From Phycisphaerales bacterium (GTDB taxonomy: Bacteria; Planctomycetota; Phycisphaerae; WQYP01), in NCBI GenBank assembly GCA_027451365.1, contig DAIDJN010000048.1, positions 1 to 29,763 of the forward strand: a DNA stretch of 29,763 nt, given 5' to 3'. The notes beneath the pieces are model-generated. The model was not told the DNA's origin. It did no database searches and saw only the letters and a list, made by a program, of their open reading frames with translations. Shown in pieces: positions 1-7,728 of this stretch; position 1 is the first letter of the stretch, and the number at the start of each line of letters is the position of its first letter. Both the position numbers and the translations under genes were made by a program.

Positions 1-13
1 TTTTAGCCATGAT

Positions 14-190
14 GTGTCCATTCATCAGAGCCGCGTTGGATGATGCGGCGCCGTGGAAAGTGATCCCCCAGAACAACGGAGTATGTGTCCATTCATCAGA
101 GCCGCGTTGGATGATGCGGCCATTTATCATTCTAATATGTAAAACGTTTTTTGTGTGTCCATTCATCAGAGCCGCGTTGGATGATGCGGC
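14..190 (-). CRISPR. CRISPR array, 3 identical 36-nt repeats (crRNA sense GCCGCATCATCCAACGCGGCTCTGATGAATGGACAC), truncated by the left window edge
   Basis: Identical copies at 14-49, 85-120 and 155-190; unique spacers 50-84 (35 nt) and 121-154 (34 nt); partial spacer 1-13. Minus orientation inferred from the leader/cas side, the ...GACAC 3' end (Cas12b-like) and tracrRNA complementarity. Confidence 0.98.
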
Positions 191-357
191 AGTCGCACTC
201 GCAACTGTTTATATTTCGGCCACTTAACGCAGCCGTTGCGAGCATGACGATTTTCCGAGCGGCTGTCGCCACCTCAGTCACCCCTTTTCGCCGCCGACAA
301 TTTTTCTTCTGCGGCCAAAAATGGGGGTTGCGAGCACGCCCCGCACCCCCACGCACC
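191..357 (-). promoter_or_regulatory. CRISPR leader
   Basis: Non-coding stretch between the tracrRNA and first repeat; AT-rich patch at 206-216; GTTGCGAGCA direct repeats (235-244, 327-336) and an inverted CTCGCAAC (198-205). Confidence 0.75.
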
Positions 358-358
358 A

Positions 359-376
359 CCGCCGCACTCGCGGCGG
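359..376 (-). terminator. GC-rich hairpin, probable 3' end of the tracrRNA primary transcript
   Basis: CCGCCGC-ACTC-GCGGCGG perfect 7-bp stem just after the second anti-repeat. No U-tract on the minus strand, so terminator function is uncertain. Confidence 0.4.
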
Positions 377-516
377 CAAAGCCGCATCAGCCAACTTGTC
401 AAAGAGCAGTCGGCCGCGGCCACTGCCGCAGTCAACGCGAATCTGAAGAATGCCGAGTGCCACGCCCATTGACGGGGAAGACACATACTCGGAAATGCGC
501 CCTCCTGTAGAGGGCT
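359..516 (-). ncRNA. tracrRNA of the Cas12b system
   Basis: Minus-strand RNA: 5' hairpin GCCCUC/GAGGGC (515-499); stem CCGAGU/ACUCGG (492-487 with 458-453) enclosing GUGUC (484-480, pairs with repeat 3' GACAC) and a small inner hairpin; then anti-repeat CAUUCUUCAGAUUCGCGUUGACUGCGGC (452-425) pairing with repeat nt 1-31 with mismatches and a bulge. 3' end uncertain. Confidence 0.9.
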
Positions 517-521
517 AAATC

Positions 522-550
522 ATTCTACCTAAAGAAGCTGCCGACAACAA
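522..550 (-). promoter_or_regulatory. sigma70-type promoter for the tracrRNA
   Basis: Minus strand TTGTTG (550-545), 17 nt, TAGAAT (527-522); predicted +1 at 516/515, exactly at the start of the first tracrRNA hairpin. Confidence 0.8.
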
Positions 551-553
551 GGA

Positions 554-3500
554 TCATTTGATGAAATCGTGAAGCCATTGGACAACTCGGTATTCAACTT
601 TATTCCAATATTCTTTGCGATCATACCAGGCCTTTTCCTGCATCGGCGGCGTGGATGAGAGGTCGCGCCATCGGTTGATGATTTCTCTAGGCACTTTTAT
701 CTTCGATTTTCGTCTTTTTCCAGCAGCGAGGATCTCGGCGTTCTCATCGGGTGATGCCTGCGGCGTGCCGAGGGGCGTTCTGTCATCAAATAGCGGACAG
801 CCGCCTACTTTCTCAGGGTCGGGGATATATGTTGCGGTTTTACACGGCACATACCACCACTTTCCGGTAAAGTCGGGATCGAGCAAAACCTTGAGGCCGA
901 TGTTGGCGGCGGCGTTGAGGTCGGCCTGGAGGCCCTTGGCGGCGGGCGACCCGGCGTCGGCGGAGACGAAAAGTTCGCCGCCATTCGCGGGGATGCGCAC
1001 GGGCGGTAGTTTTTCCCAGTTCTCAGGATTGCCGCTGAATTTTTCATCAAGTGCCAGCAGATAGCGATCGCGGGCAGCGCCGCCGTCTTTCTCATCCCTT
1101 TTCATTTTTGCGGTCTTAACCTGTTTTCGCCACCGCGGCGCGGTCATGAATTCCGTCACCGGCACATCGGAGCAACGTACGCCCGGCGCACCGGTGCGTG
1201 AATCCTGACGTGATGTGTAGCCCGCCTGAACTTCACGCAAATGCAGTCCGTGAAGCTGGCAGGCTTCGGCGAGGTACTTCTTGACTTTCGACGATGACCA
1301 ACTCATCAATTGCCTGTTTTCGCGGCGGGTGCGCGTCTCCTCAGGCCGGTAGTTGGTCAGGTCCTCAATGACCACGGCATGACATGGCGCATATTTCGGA
1401 GATGGCTCTTCCTGCCATACCCAGCGCTCTTTCGACCTGCCGTCTTTCATCTCGGGCAACTCCATTTCCTTCCAATGCCCACCCAGCCCCAGCGCGGAGC
1501 CGGCAATCCGGCTGGCCAGCTGCTTGACACGATTCTCACGCATACGTTCCATGGCTGTGAGAATGGAATCGGCCAGGCCGACGTTGGTTTCGCCCTTATC
1601 CGGCGCGCCGCGTGGCCGGTCCGGGGTGGCACGCATGGCGAAGGCCTTATGCAGTTGGTAAAGCGATTTCATGGTGGCAATGCGCGTGAGTGATATGCCA
1701 CCGACGTGGCGTTTCCACGCAACGCTCGTTTCTCCGGCCACGCTGCGGCCCATGATCCAGTCGGTTAACTGGCGAAGGTCGGCGTGGAAGCCCGCGGCGG
1801 CCTTATCGCCTAAGCGCGGGTTGCCGTCGTCCTTGTGCCAGCGGTCATGCCACGCTTGGAACAGAGTCGTGCGCGTGGCAGCGGTTAAGTTTTCCGCCAG
1901 CGGCTTGAGCTTTTCACGCAGCGAGTCCTCATCCTTGCGCCGCTGCTGGCGGGTGCGGTCGTCGGCTGTGCCGGCATCGCGCCTGGGGGGATATATTTTC
2001 CACGCCCCTTCGGGTGTGGCGACATGCTGATTCCACAATTCGCGCGCCGCTTGATCGTCCCATTTGCTTTCCGAGGCCATGGCATGCCAGTCAAAGAGGG
2101 CGTCGGTGAGCAGTTTGATATGGGTCGCATCGCCCTGCTGGAAGATGGTGGGCTTACCGCCGACGCCGAGGAGTGTGTTCGTTTTCGGACCCAGGGCATA
2201 GGCGATCTTGGCCCGGCGCGCATGGCGTTTGAGGGCGAGGGTGGCGATCCGAACCCCACGCGCCATAAGTTCATCCACGCGACGAGAGCGGATGGCGCCC
2301 TCTTCGGCGAGCAGGCCAAGGCGAGCGGCCAAGTCCTTGACGAGGGCAGCTTCCGCAGTGGAGGCGGCGCGAGGCGAGGTTTCCTCGCCCTGGAGCTTGA
2401 TGAGGAATTGGCGCTCCAGTCGCGCCCACGGAGCGGGATGTTCGATGCCATCGAGTTTGTCCGGGCCGATGCGACGGAAGATGGTGGTGCGCTTCCTACC
2501 GTCCGCTTTCGAGGTGGGGATGTGGAGGAACAGGTTTGACTCGGCGGGCGGAACATGATTGGCCGCCTGGCAGGCTGCTTCCATCTGCGTGCTCGTGAGG
2601 GTTTCCCATACGGCGCAGGATGCGGCATAGCGGTGGCCAAGGTCCACCGAAAGGAGGCGGAGACCGGGGAGGCGGGAGAGCATGAGCTTGGCGTGGCCCT
2701 TTCTTGCGCGCTCCGTGTCCTTAACGAGGCTCCCGTCCTTGCCTAGCTTGGGCAGTTTGTTGATTTCCTCAAAGGGCCAACCGTCCCAGTCAATATATTG
2801 CGTTCCTCTCTTCCGCTTCTTACCCGTCTCCTCATCCCTGGGCACCGTGCGCGCAAAGGGAGTCTTGTCGGGTGCCGCCTGAATGAACTTGTACCACGGA
2901 CCATTTTGCTCAAGTTCCATCGAAACGACGAGGCTCCAGCGCAATTGCTTTTTGCGTTTCTCCGCGCGTTCAAGGAACGCCATTTTCTTGACGGCATCCG
3001 TCTCCTTGGCGGCCTTGTCCAGTTCCTTCTGGATGCCAGCCAATTCGCCGCGTACGGCTGCCAGAGATCCGTTCCATCTTGGCTCTTTGATTCTGCCGCC
3101 GCCAGTAACGTCCTCACCATCTTCGCGCGAGCGGGCATCGACCGCTTTGGGATCGAAAACACCGGCGACTTTCGCCGGTATATCGGGGGTCGCAAGTCCT
3201 GCCGCCGCCGCACCGAGACGACCGCGGCGGGTCACTTTCGGCAGCTTTTCGCCATCTTTCGTCGCAGCATCGCACGCCGATCCAATTTCCCGGTCAAAAC
3301 GCAGGCTTGAGCCATTCAAGACGGTGATTTTGGCGCGCTTTTCCGACGGATTCCAGGTCAACAATCCAATGGCGCGTAGGTCGTTTCCCGCCGGTTCGTC
3401 TGTGAATGCCTTGAGCCGTCGGAATTCAATGGCCGGGCGGGAAACGCCGAATTGGCAAAAGACTGGATTTAGATATGCGTGGGGGTGCCGATAGGCCGCG

Positions 3501-5014
3501 ACCTTGAGGCGGTGCGCCTCACTTCGCGCCTTCATTCCGGCTACGAATCGCTTGAGAATATCCGCATCAGTCGCATTGTTGCGCATCCAGACTGGACAAT
3601 ATTTTCGATCGGCAAACCGGATGAATAAATTTGGATCGCCGAACTTCTTCTCCTTGTTTTCTTCCTGGGATTCCTTGACCGCTTCAATCCGCTTTTCTTC
3701 GGCCCGTTCGGGGTCAGCATCACTGATGCACGCCCAACTGGCGATGATCCGTTCCCAGCCCGTGATCTGTGCCGGTCGAATCCGAAACTCTACCGTCGCA
3801 CCCGATTCGATGCGGTACTCGGCGCAATAGGCGGTCAAAGCGGACAATGCCGCTGCAAATACCGCGTCTCCCTCCATTTTTTTTAGGTCGGCGTCGGCCG
3901 CTTGGCGTCCCTGTCGATCCGCCTCCTGTTGGCGCTGTTTGGTCCAAATCTGCGCCAGTCGCGAGGCGGCTTTGGAGAACATCTCTCGATGAAGTTCCGA
4001 TTGCGACCTGCCATCCTCTTCAGGTTGCCCGTCTGTTTTCGATGCTTCTGGTGTACCGCGCACCGGAATGCCAGTTTGCGCGAGAAGGCATTTTTTAAGA
4101 TGCTCATGCCATTTGTCGCGAAGCAATAGCGAACGGCCCGGCTTACCAAAAGGCTTGCCCGCGCCCAACAAATGGGAGAACGGGTGCCGTGTTCGCTGAG
4201 CGGCGCCTTTTGACGACTTCGAAACGGCCTTCTGCCTTTCATCGGCGTCATTCTCGTCTTCGTTGTCATTCTCACCTGTCGTATCGCCGTTCTTCTTAGC
4301 CTTTTTCGAAACAGAAAACGTGAGGTAATCGTCCTTCAAAATAAACCAAAGAAGTGTCTTGGCGTCCCTTCTGGCTTTTTCGGTGTCGGTTCCGGTCGCG
4401 AGAAGCTCATCAAAGGATCTACTTCGATTCACCCATACGGCATCCTTTCGGATCATTGCGTCCAGCGATGCTTTGCAGGCGTGAAGCCATGTTCCCTGTT
4501 GGCCTCCAATCGGCTGCGACAGATCACCAATCTCGGTATTGTCCACACCACGATTTGCGAGAATTTCGTATAGCGCCGCGAGGATTTTCTCTGGCGGATC
4601 ATCGCTCTTGGCTGCGATATTCGGCGCACCACTCTCTGATTCCACACTCAACCAAGATAGCGCTAGCAGGATTCGTCGGTTGCCAACGGCCTCCATGGAA
4701 TTGGCCTTCTTATCGAGTTCCTCTCGCACCTCGTCGCGCGTCGGCGGCGTCTCCTTCTTCTTCTTGGCCTCGCTTTCCTTCTTTTGCAATTCTTTCGTGA
4801 TTTCCTCATCGCCAATCTGGACACGTTCCAAGCGGTGATCCAGCCCTCCCCGTAACGTCAACAGCCAATCGCCGAAGACCTTGGCACCCTTGTTGACCGC
4901 CTCGTGCGTGGCCCAGAGCGCATCGCGCCATGAATTGTCATTTTTATCTGTGCCGCGCAGCCGAAGCGTATATGCCCGTTGTGTAGTGTTTGGTTTGTCA
5001 CGGTGATCTGGCAT
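554..5014 (-). CDS. cas12b: Type V-B CRISPR effector Cas12b (C2c1), about 1486 aa
   Basis: N-terminus TQRAYTLRL...LWATHEAVNKGAKVFGDWLLTLRG; RuvC-I LLSVDLGHRYAA, RuvC-II AVVIEDLTNY...RRENRQLMSWS, RuvC-III QADLNAAANI; next to cas4-cas1, cas2, tracrRNA and array. ATG at 5014 follows GGAAGGA, preferred over the TTG at 5026. Confidence 0.95.
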   Translation of the reverse strand: MPDHRDKPNTTQRAYTLRLRGTDKNDNSWRDALWATHEAVNKGAKVFGDWLLTLRGGLDHRLERVQIGDEEITKELQKKESEAKKKKETPPTRDEVREELDKKANSMEAVGNRRILLALSWLSVESESGAPNIAAKSDDPPEKILAALYEILANRGVDNTEIGDLSQPIGGQQGTWLHACKASLDAMIRKDAVWVNRSRSFDELLATGTDTEKARRDAKTLLWFILKDDYLTFSVSKKAKKNGDTTGENDNEDENDADERQKAVSKSSKGAAQRTRHPFSHLLGAGKPFGKPGRSLLLRDKWHEHLKKCLLAQTGIPVRGTPEASKTDGQPEEDGRSQSELHREMFSKAASRLAQIWTKQRQQEADRQGRQAADADLKKMEGDAVFAAALSALTAYCAEYRIESGATVEFRIRPAQITGWERIIASWACISDADPERAEEKRIEAVKESQEENKEKKFGDPNLFIRFADRKYCPVWMRNNATDADILKRFVAGMKARSEAHRLKVAAYRHPHAYLNPVFCQFGVSRPAIEFRRLKAFTDEPAGNDLRAIGLLTWNPSEKRAKITVLNGSSLRFDREIGSACDAATKDGEKLPKVTRRGRLGAAAAGLATPDIPAKVAGVFDPKAVDARSREDGEDVTGGGRIKEPRWNGSLAAVRGELAGIQKELDKAAKETDAVKKMAFLERAEKRKKQLRWSLVVSMELEQNGPWYKFIQAAPDKTPFARTVPRDEETGKKRKRGTQYIDWDGWPFEEINKLPKLGKDGSLVKDTERARKGHAKLMLSRLPGLRLLSVDLGHRYAASCAVWETLTSTQMEAACQAANHVPPAESNLFLHIPTSKADGRKRTTIFRRIGPDKLDGIEHPAPWARLERQFLIKLQGEETSPRAASTAEAALVKDLAARLGLLAEEGAIRSRRVDELMARGVRIATLALKRHARRAKIAYALGPKTNTLLGVGGKPTIFQQGDATHIKLLTDALFDWHAMASESKWDDQAARELWNQHVATPEGAWKIYPPRRDAGTADDRTRQQRRKDEDSLREKLKPLAENLTAATRTTLFQAWHDRWHKDDGNPRLGDKAAAGFHADLRQLTDWIMGRSVAGETSVAWKRHVGGISLTRIATMKSLYQLHKAFAMRATPDRPRGAPDKGETNVGLADSILTAMERMRENRVKQLASRIAGSALGLGGHWKEMELPEMKDGRSKERWVWQEEPSPKYAPCHAVVIEDLTNYRPEETRTRRENRQLMSWSSSKVKKYLAEACQLHGLHLREVQAGYTSRQDSRTGAPGVRCSDVPVTEFMTAPRWRKQVKTAKMKRDEKDGGAARDRYLLALDEKFSGNPENWEKLPPVRIPANGGELFVSADAGSPAAKGLQADLNAAANIGLKVLLDPDFTGKWWYVPCKTATYIPDPEKVGGCPLFDDRTPLGTPQASPDENAEILAAGKRRKSKIKVPREIINRWRDLSSTPPMQEKAWYDRKEYWNKVEYRVVQWLHDFIK

Positions 5015-5058
5015 ATGTCCTTCCAATCAGTTTTGACGTTCAAAAGGGGCGCGGTCGC

Positions 5059-5349
5059 CTATATCACCACCATCCCGCTCTCCGCCTTGGGCAAACTTTC
5101 GCCGACCACCACGGCCGCGGCGCGGGCGGCAGTCTCGTCGCTCCCAAGGTCGATGATGATCGCCTGATCCTCACGCGCGTTCAGTTCGGTCTCAAGCTCG
5201 CTCTGCATGCGCACCCGGTCTATATCCTTGAGCACGCAGAAGAAAACCGAATATTGCCAATGCTCACCAAAGCCCTTCATGGCCTTAAAAACGCGCCGCC
5301 ACCGCTTCGGTTCATGTATATCGTAACAGACAAGATAACAACGTCGCAT
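5059..5349 (-). CDS. cas2: CRISPR-associated endoribonuclease Cas2
   Basis: 96 aa; YLVCYDI...KRWRRV...GEHWQYSVF Cas2 motif; GAGGTG RBS. Confidence 0.97.
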   Translation of the reverse strand: MRRCYLVCYDIHEPKRWRRVFKAMKGFGEHWQYSVFFCVLKDIDRVRMQSELETELNAREDQAIIIDLGSDETAARAAAVVVGESLPKAESGMVVI

Positions 5350-5361
5350 AATGTTGTCACC

Positions 5362-7068
5362 TCATCGCGTGGTCAAAAACGAAAGCGTCGAAATATCGTC
5401 CGCAACCCAAGCGGCGATCATTCGGGCGTGCAACATCAGCATCCGCCTGTAACTTAAGCGGTAGCCCAGAACCGGATGGGTAATTTCCGTATCCATTCGC
5501 CGACCCCATGCCTGAAAAAATGCCCGGCGGCCGTGGTCCGTCATCGCGCAACCCGCAGCGGTTGAATTGAAATGGCCTTCCCCCACCTCGCCGCGGTTAA
5601 ACAGGCTCACCGCAACTGAATCCGCAATCAGCGGGCGGAACGGCTCCATAAGGTCCAGTGCCAGGGCTGGCCGTCCGGGCCGGCAAGTGTGCATGGCTCC
5701 AATGGCCGGCTCCAGCCTCGCCAGCCGCAGCGCCGAAACGCATTCATTGCTCAACATCGAATAGCCAAACGAAAGCACTGTATTTATCGGGTCAGGCGGG
5801 GGCCTGCGGGCGCGGCCGTTGGCATCAAATTTCCCGGAGAATGGGGCCTTAAATATTCCACCGAACAGACCAAAATATATAGCCGCTGCCTGACCTTCAA
5901 TACCCAGCAATTGTTCGGCGTTGTCGCAGACCACAGCGCCGCGGGCGAGGTCGGTCAGCCGCCCAGCCGCCGCGTCAGGCAGCGCCGGATGGTTGCGCAT
6001 CAGGATGGTACGCTGATTGGTGATTTTCGCCGAAATAAGGGCGCGGGAAAGCTGAATCGCAGTACTGGAATCATCAAACCGCCGAACCTGTTGTCGGCGA
6101 ACCAGCGAGCTTACGGAATCCAACGCGTCCACCATCGCAATCAGCCGGCCAGCGGAGCTCATATACGCCAAGGGGATGCGGTGGTCCGCCAGCACGCCCA
6201 GGGCTTGGGTGGAAACCTGCACGTTCCCCAGAACCGCAAGGCTTTCCAAATTGGCCAGGGGAATTTCGCGCACCAGTTTCCCGTCGTAATCTGTCACCCG
6301 GAGGCTGTTGCCGCGAACGCCGATACGGACGCCTTCCTGTTGGGCGACAAGGTGGACCGCGTCGTCGCGAGGCGGCCAGATTCGCCGGGGTATGTCATCA
6401 GGCTTTTTTTCAAACGCAATCTCGTCCGGGAGGCAGATTGGTTGAAGCGAACAGCGCAGGCACCGGGCATCGCGCACCAGCGGTGCCGGACGGGGACCCC
6501 GCGCGCAGGTCCTGGCGGATTGCAGGGTGGCCAGCGCCTCGGATCGCAACGCCGCGTCAAAGGGCACCTCCAGTCGGCGCTTCTCCGCGGCGTAATAAAT
6601 AACTCCGCGCTCCACGCTATAGCCCGCCTCTTCCAGCAAAATGCATTGCAGCCCTAACTGGACGCGATCCGTGGGCCAGGGCGTTGCGGCAGCCAACGGG
6701 GGCGGGTCGCACTCACCGGGATCGTCCGGCGGCGGATTGACGCTGTTAAGTTGCGGCCGCCCTTTGCGATATTCAACTGGAACAGCCGCCACCCCCTCTA
6801 TCTCCGCCAAATCGAGCGTAGCAGTCAGTCCATGTTTCTGGCTGGTAAGCACCAGACTTCGCACAACACGGGGCCGTTCGGGGTCGGCGGCGGCCACCGC
6901 GTCGCCAGCGGCTGCCGCGCTGGGCTGATCAACCCGGCGGTGAACCGCCTGCCCTTTTTCCGTGTCCGCACTGGCAATATGAATGCCTTCCACCTCCATG
7001 AAATAGAATAGACGCGGGCAGTATGCGAACTCTGCCACATTTCGGGCGGGCCAAAGGTATTCGTCCAT
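5362..7068 (-). CDS. cas4-cas1: Cas4-Cas1 fusion
   Basis: Cas4 domain (YCPR, LDLAE..VEYRKG, QLGLQ, CLRCSLQPIC Fe-S cysteines) followed by Cas1 domain (LLGIEGQAA, MH..RPGRPALALDLMEPFRP). ATG at 7068 lies 8 nt after GGAG. Confidence 0.96.
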   Translation of the reverse strand: MDEYLWPARNVAEFAYCPRLFYFMEVEGIHIASADTEKGQAVHRRVDQPSAAAAGDAVAAADPERPRVVRSLVLTSQKHGLTATLDLAEIEGVAAVPVEYRKGRPQLNSVNPPPDDPGECDPPPLAAATPWPTDRVQLGLQCILLEEAGYSVERGVIYYAAEKRRLEVPFDAALRSEALATLQSARTCARGPRPAPLVRDARCLRCSLQPICLPDEIAFEKKPDDIPRRIWPPRDDAVHLVAQQEGVRIGVRGNSLRVTDYDGKLVREIPLANLESLAVLGNVQVSTQALGVLADHRIPLAYMSSAGRLIAMVDALDSVSSLVRRQQVRRFDDSSTAIQLSRALISAKITNQRTILMRNHPALPDAAAGRLTDLARGAVVCDNAEQLLGIEGQAAAIYFGLFGGIFKAPFSGKFDANGRARRPPPDPINTVLSFGYSMLSNECVSALRLARLEPAIGAMHTCRPGRPALALDLMEPFRPLIADSVAVSLFNRGEVGEGHFNSTAAGCAMTDHGRRAFFQAWGRRMDTEITHPVLGYRLSYRRMLMLHARMIAAWVADDISTLSFLTTR

Positions 7069-7728
7069 GGTCAATTCTCCACCTTTATTGGCCGGGAAAA
7101 CTGTGCGCAGGCATCCGCCAACGGGCGTAAGCAGTACAAATCAGTCCAATGCACCCACTCTATTTTCGGAATATGGAGGCGGTTGCCATCAGTTCAGGCA
7201 CCTTATGGGGCGTTGGTCCATTAAGGGAGGATCGCTTGAATTTTTAAGCGGCCGTCTCATTTTGAAAAGTCCGCCCGGCCGCAGGAAACGCCGATTTTCC
7301 AACGCACGCCAAAAAACGCCGCAAAGAGCCGCCGACCTGTCGGCGGGAAATTCTGGAATCCCAAATCCCCCAGGCAGAATGCCAAATTCCGTCTTTCCTC
7401 GCGCGCACCTGATCGCCTGATCAACGGATCACCTGTTCTCACGTCAGCCAAGAGGCGAAATTCCGGTACGGCGGGAGCCGCCTATTGAGATTGATCAGTG
7501 ATCCGTGATCAGTGTTCTTTATATAGCTTCCCTGTTCTCGGCGCAGCCGTGCCGTAGGATGGCATGAGCGTTTTGCTACATGCCGGCCGGAGTATCAAAG
7601 CCATTTCATGTCTGGTACCGGGCGCGACTGGCCGCCTATTTTGGGTTCGCGGCAGTGTACTAAATCGGCTACGGCTCTTTCACGCCTGCAAATTAGTATT
7701 GAAGCCCTGGATTTGCTATGCTCCAGTC

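Noticed and set aside
50..154. Self-targeting spacers
   Set aside because: No extended match seen by eye in the window; a gapped resemblance near 18322-18334 is too short. Not a computed search.
9..510. Short ORFs over the array, leader and tracrRNA
   Set aside because: Translations of repeats and structured RNA (periodic peptides); no coding signals.
554..5014. Cas12k/CAST, TnpB or a new type V subtype
   Set aside because: RuvC triad intact, no tns genes, and the Cas12b motifs, Cas4-Cas1 fusion and tracrRNA topology all fit V-B.
400..7329. Segment between the two anti-repeats as a guide repressing the cas promoter (CAAAGAGC at 400-407 and 7322-7329)
   Set aside because: Only 8 nt match, and it does not directly follow a repeat 3' end; compatible with chance.
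7067..7451. 117-aa and 64-aa ORFs upstream of cas4-cas1 as accessory genes
   Set aside because: No recognisable motif, weak starts, and overlap with palindromic, regulatory-looking DNA.
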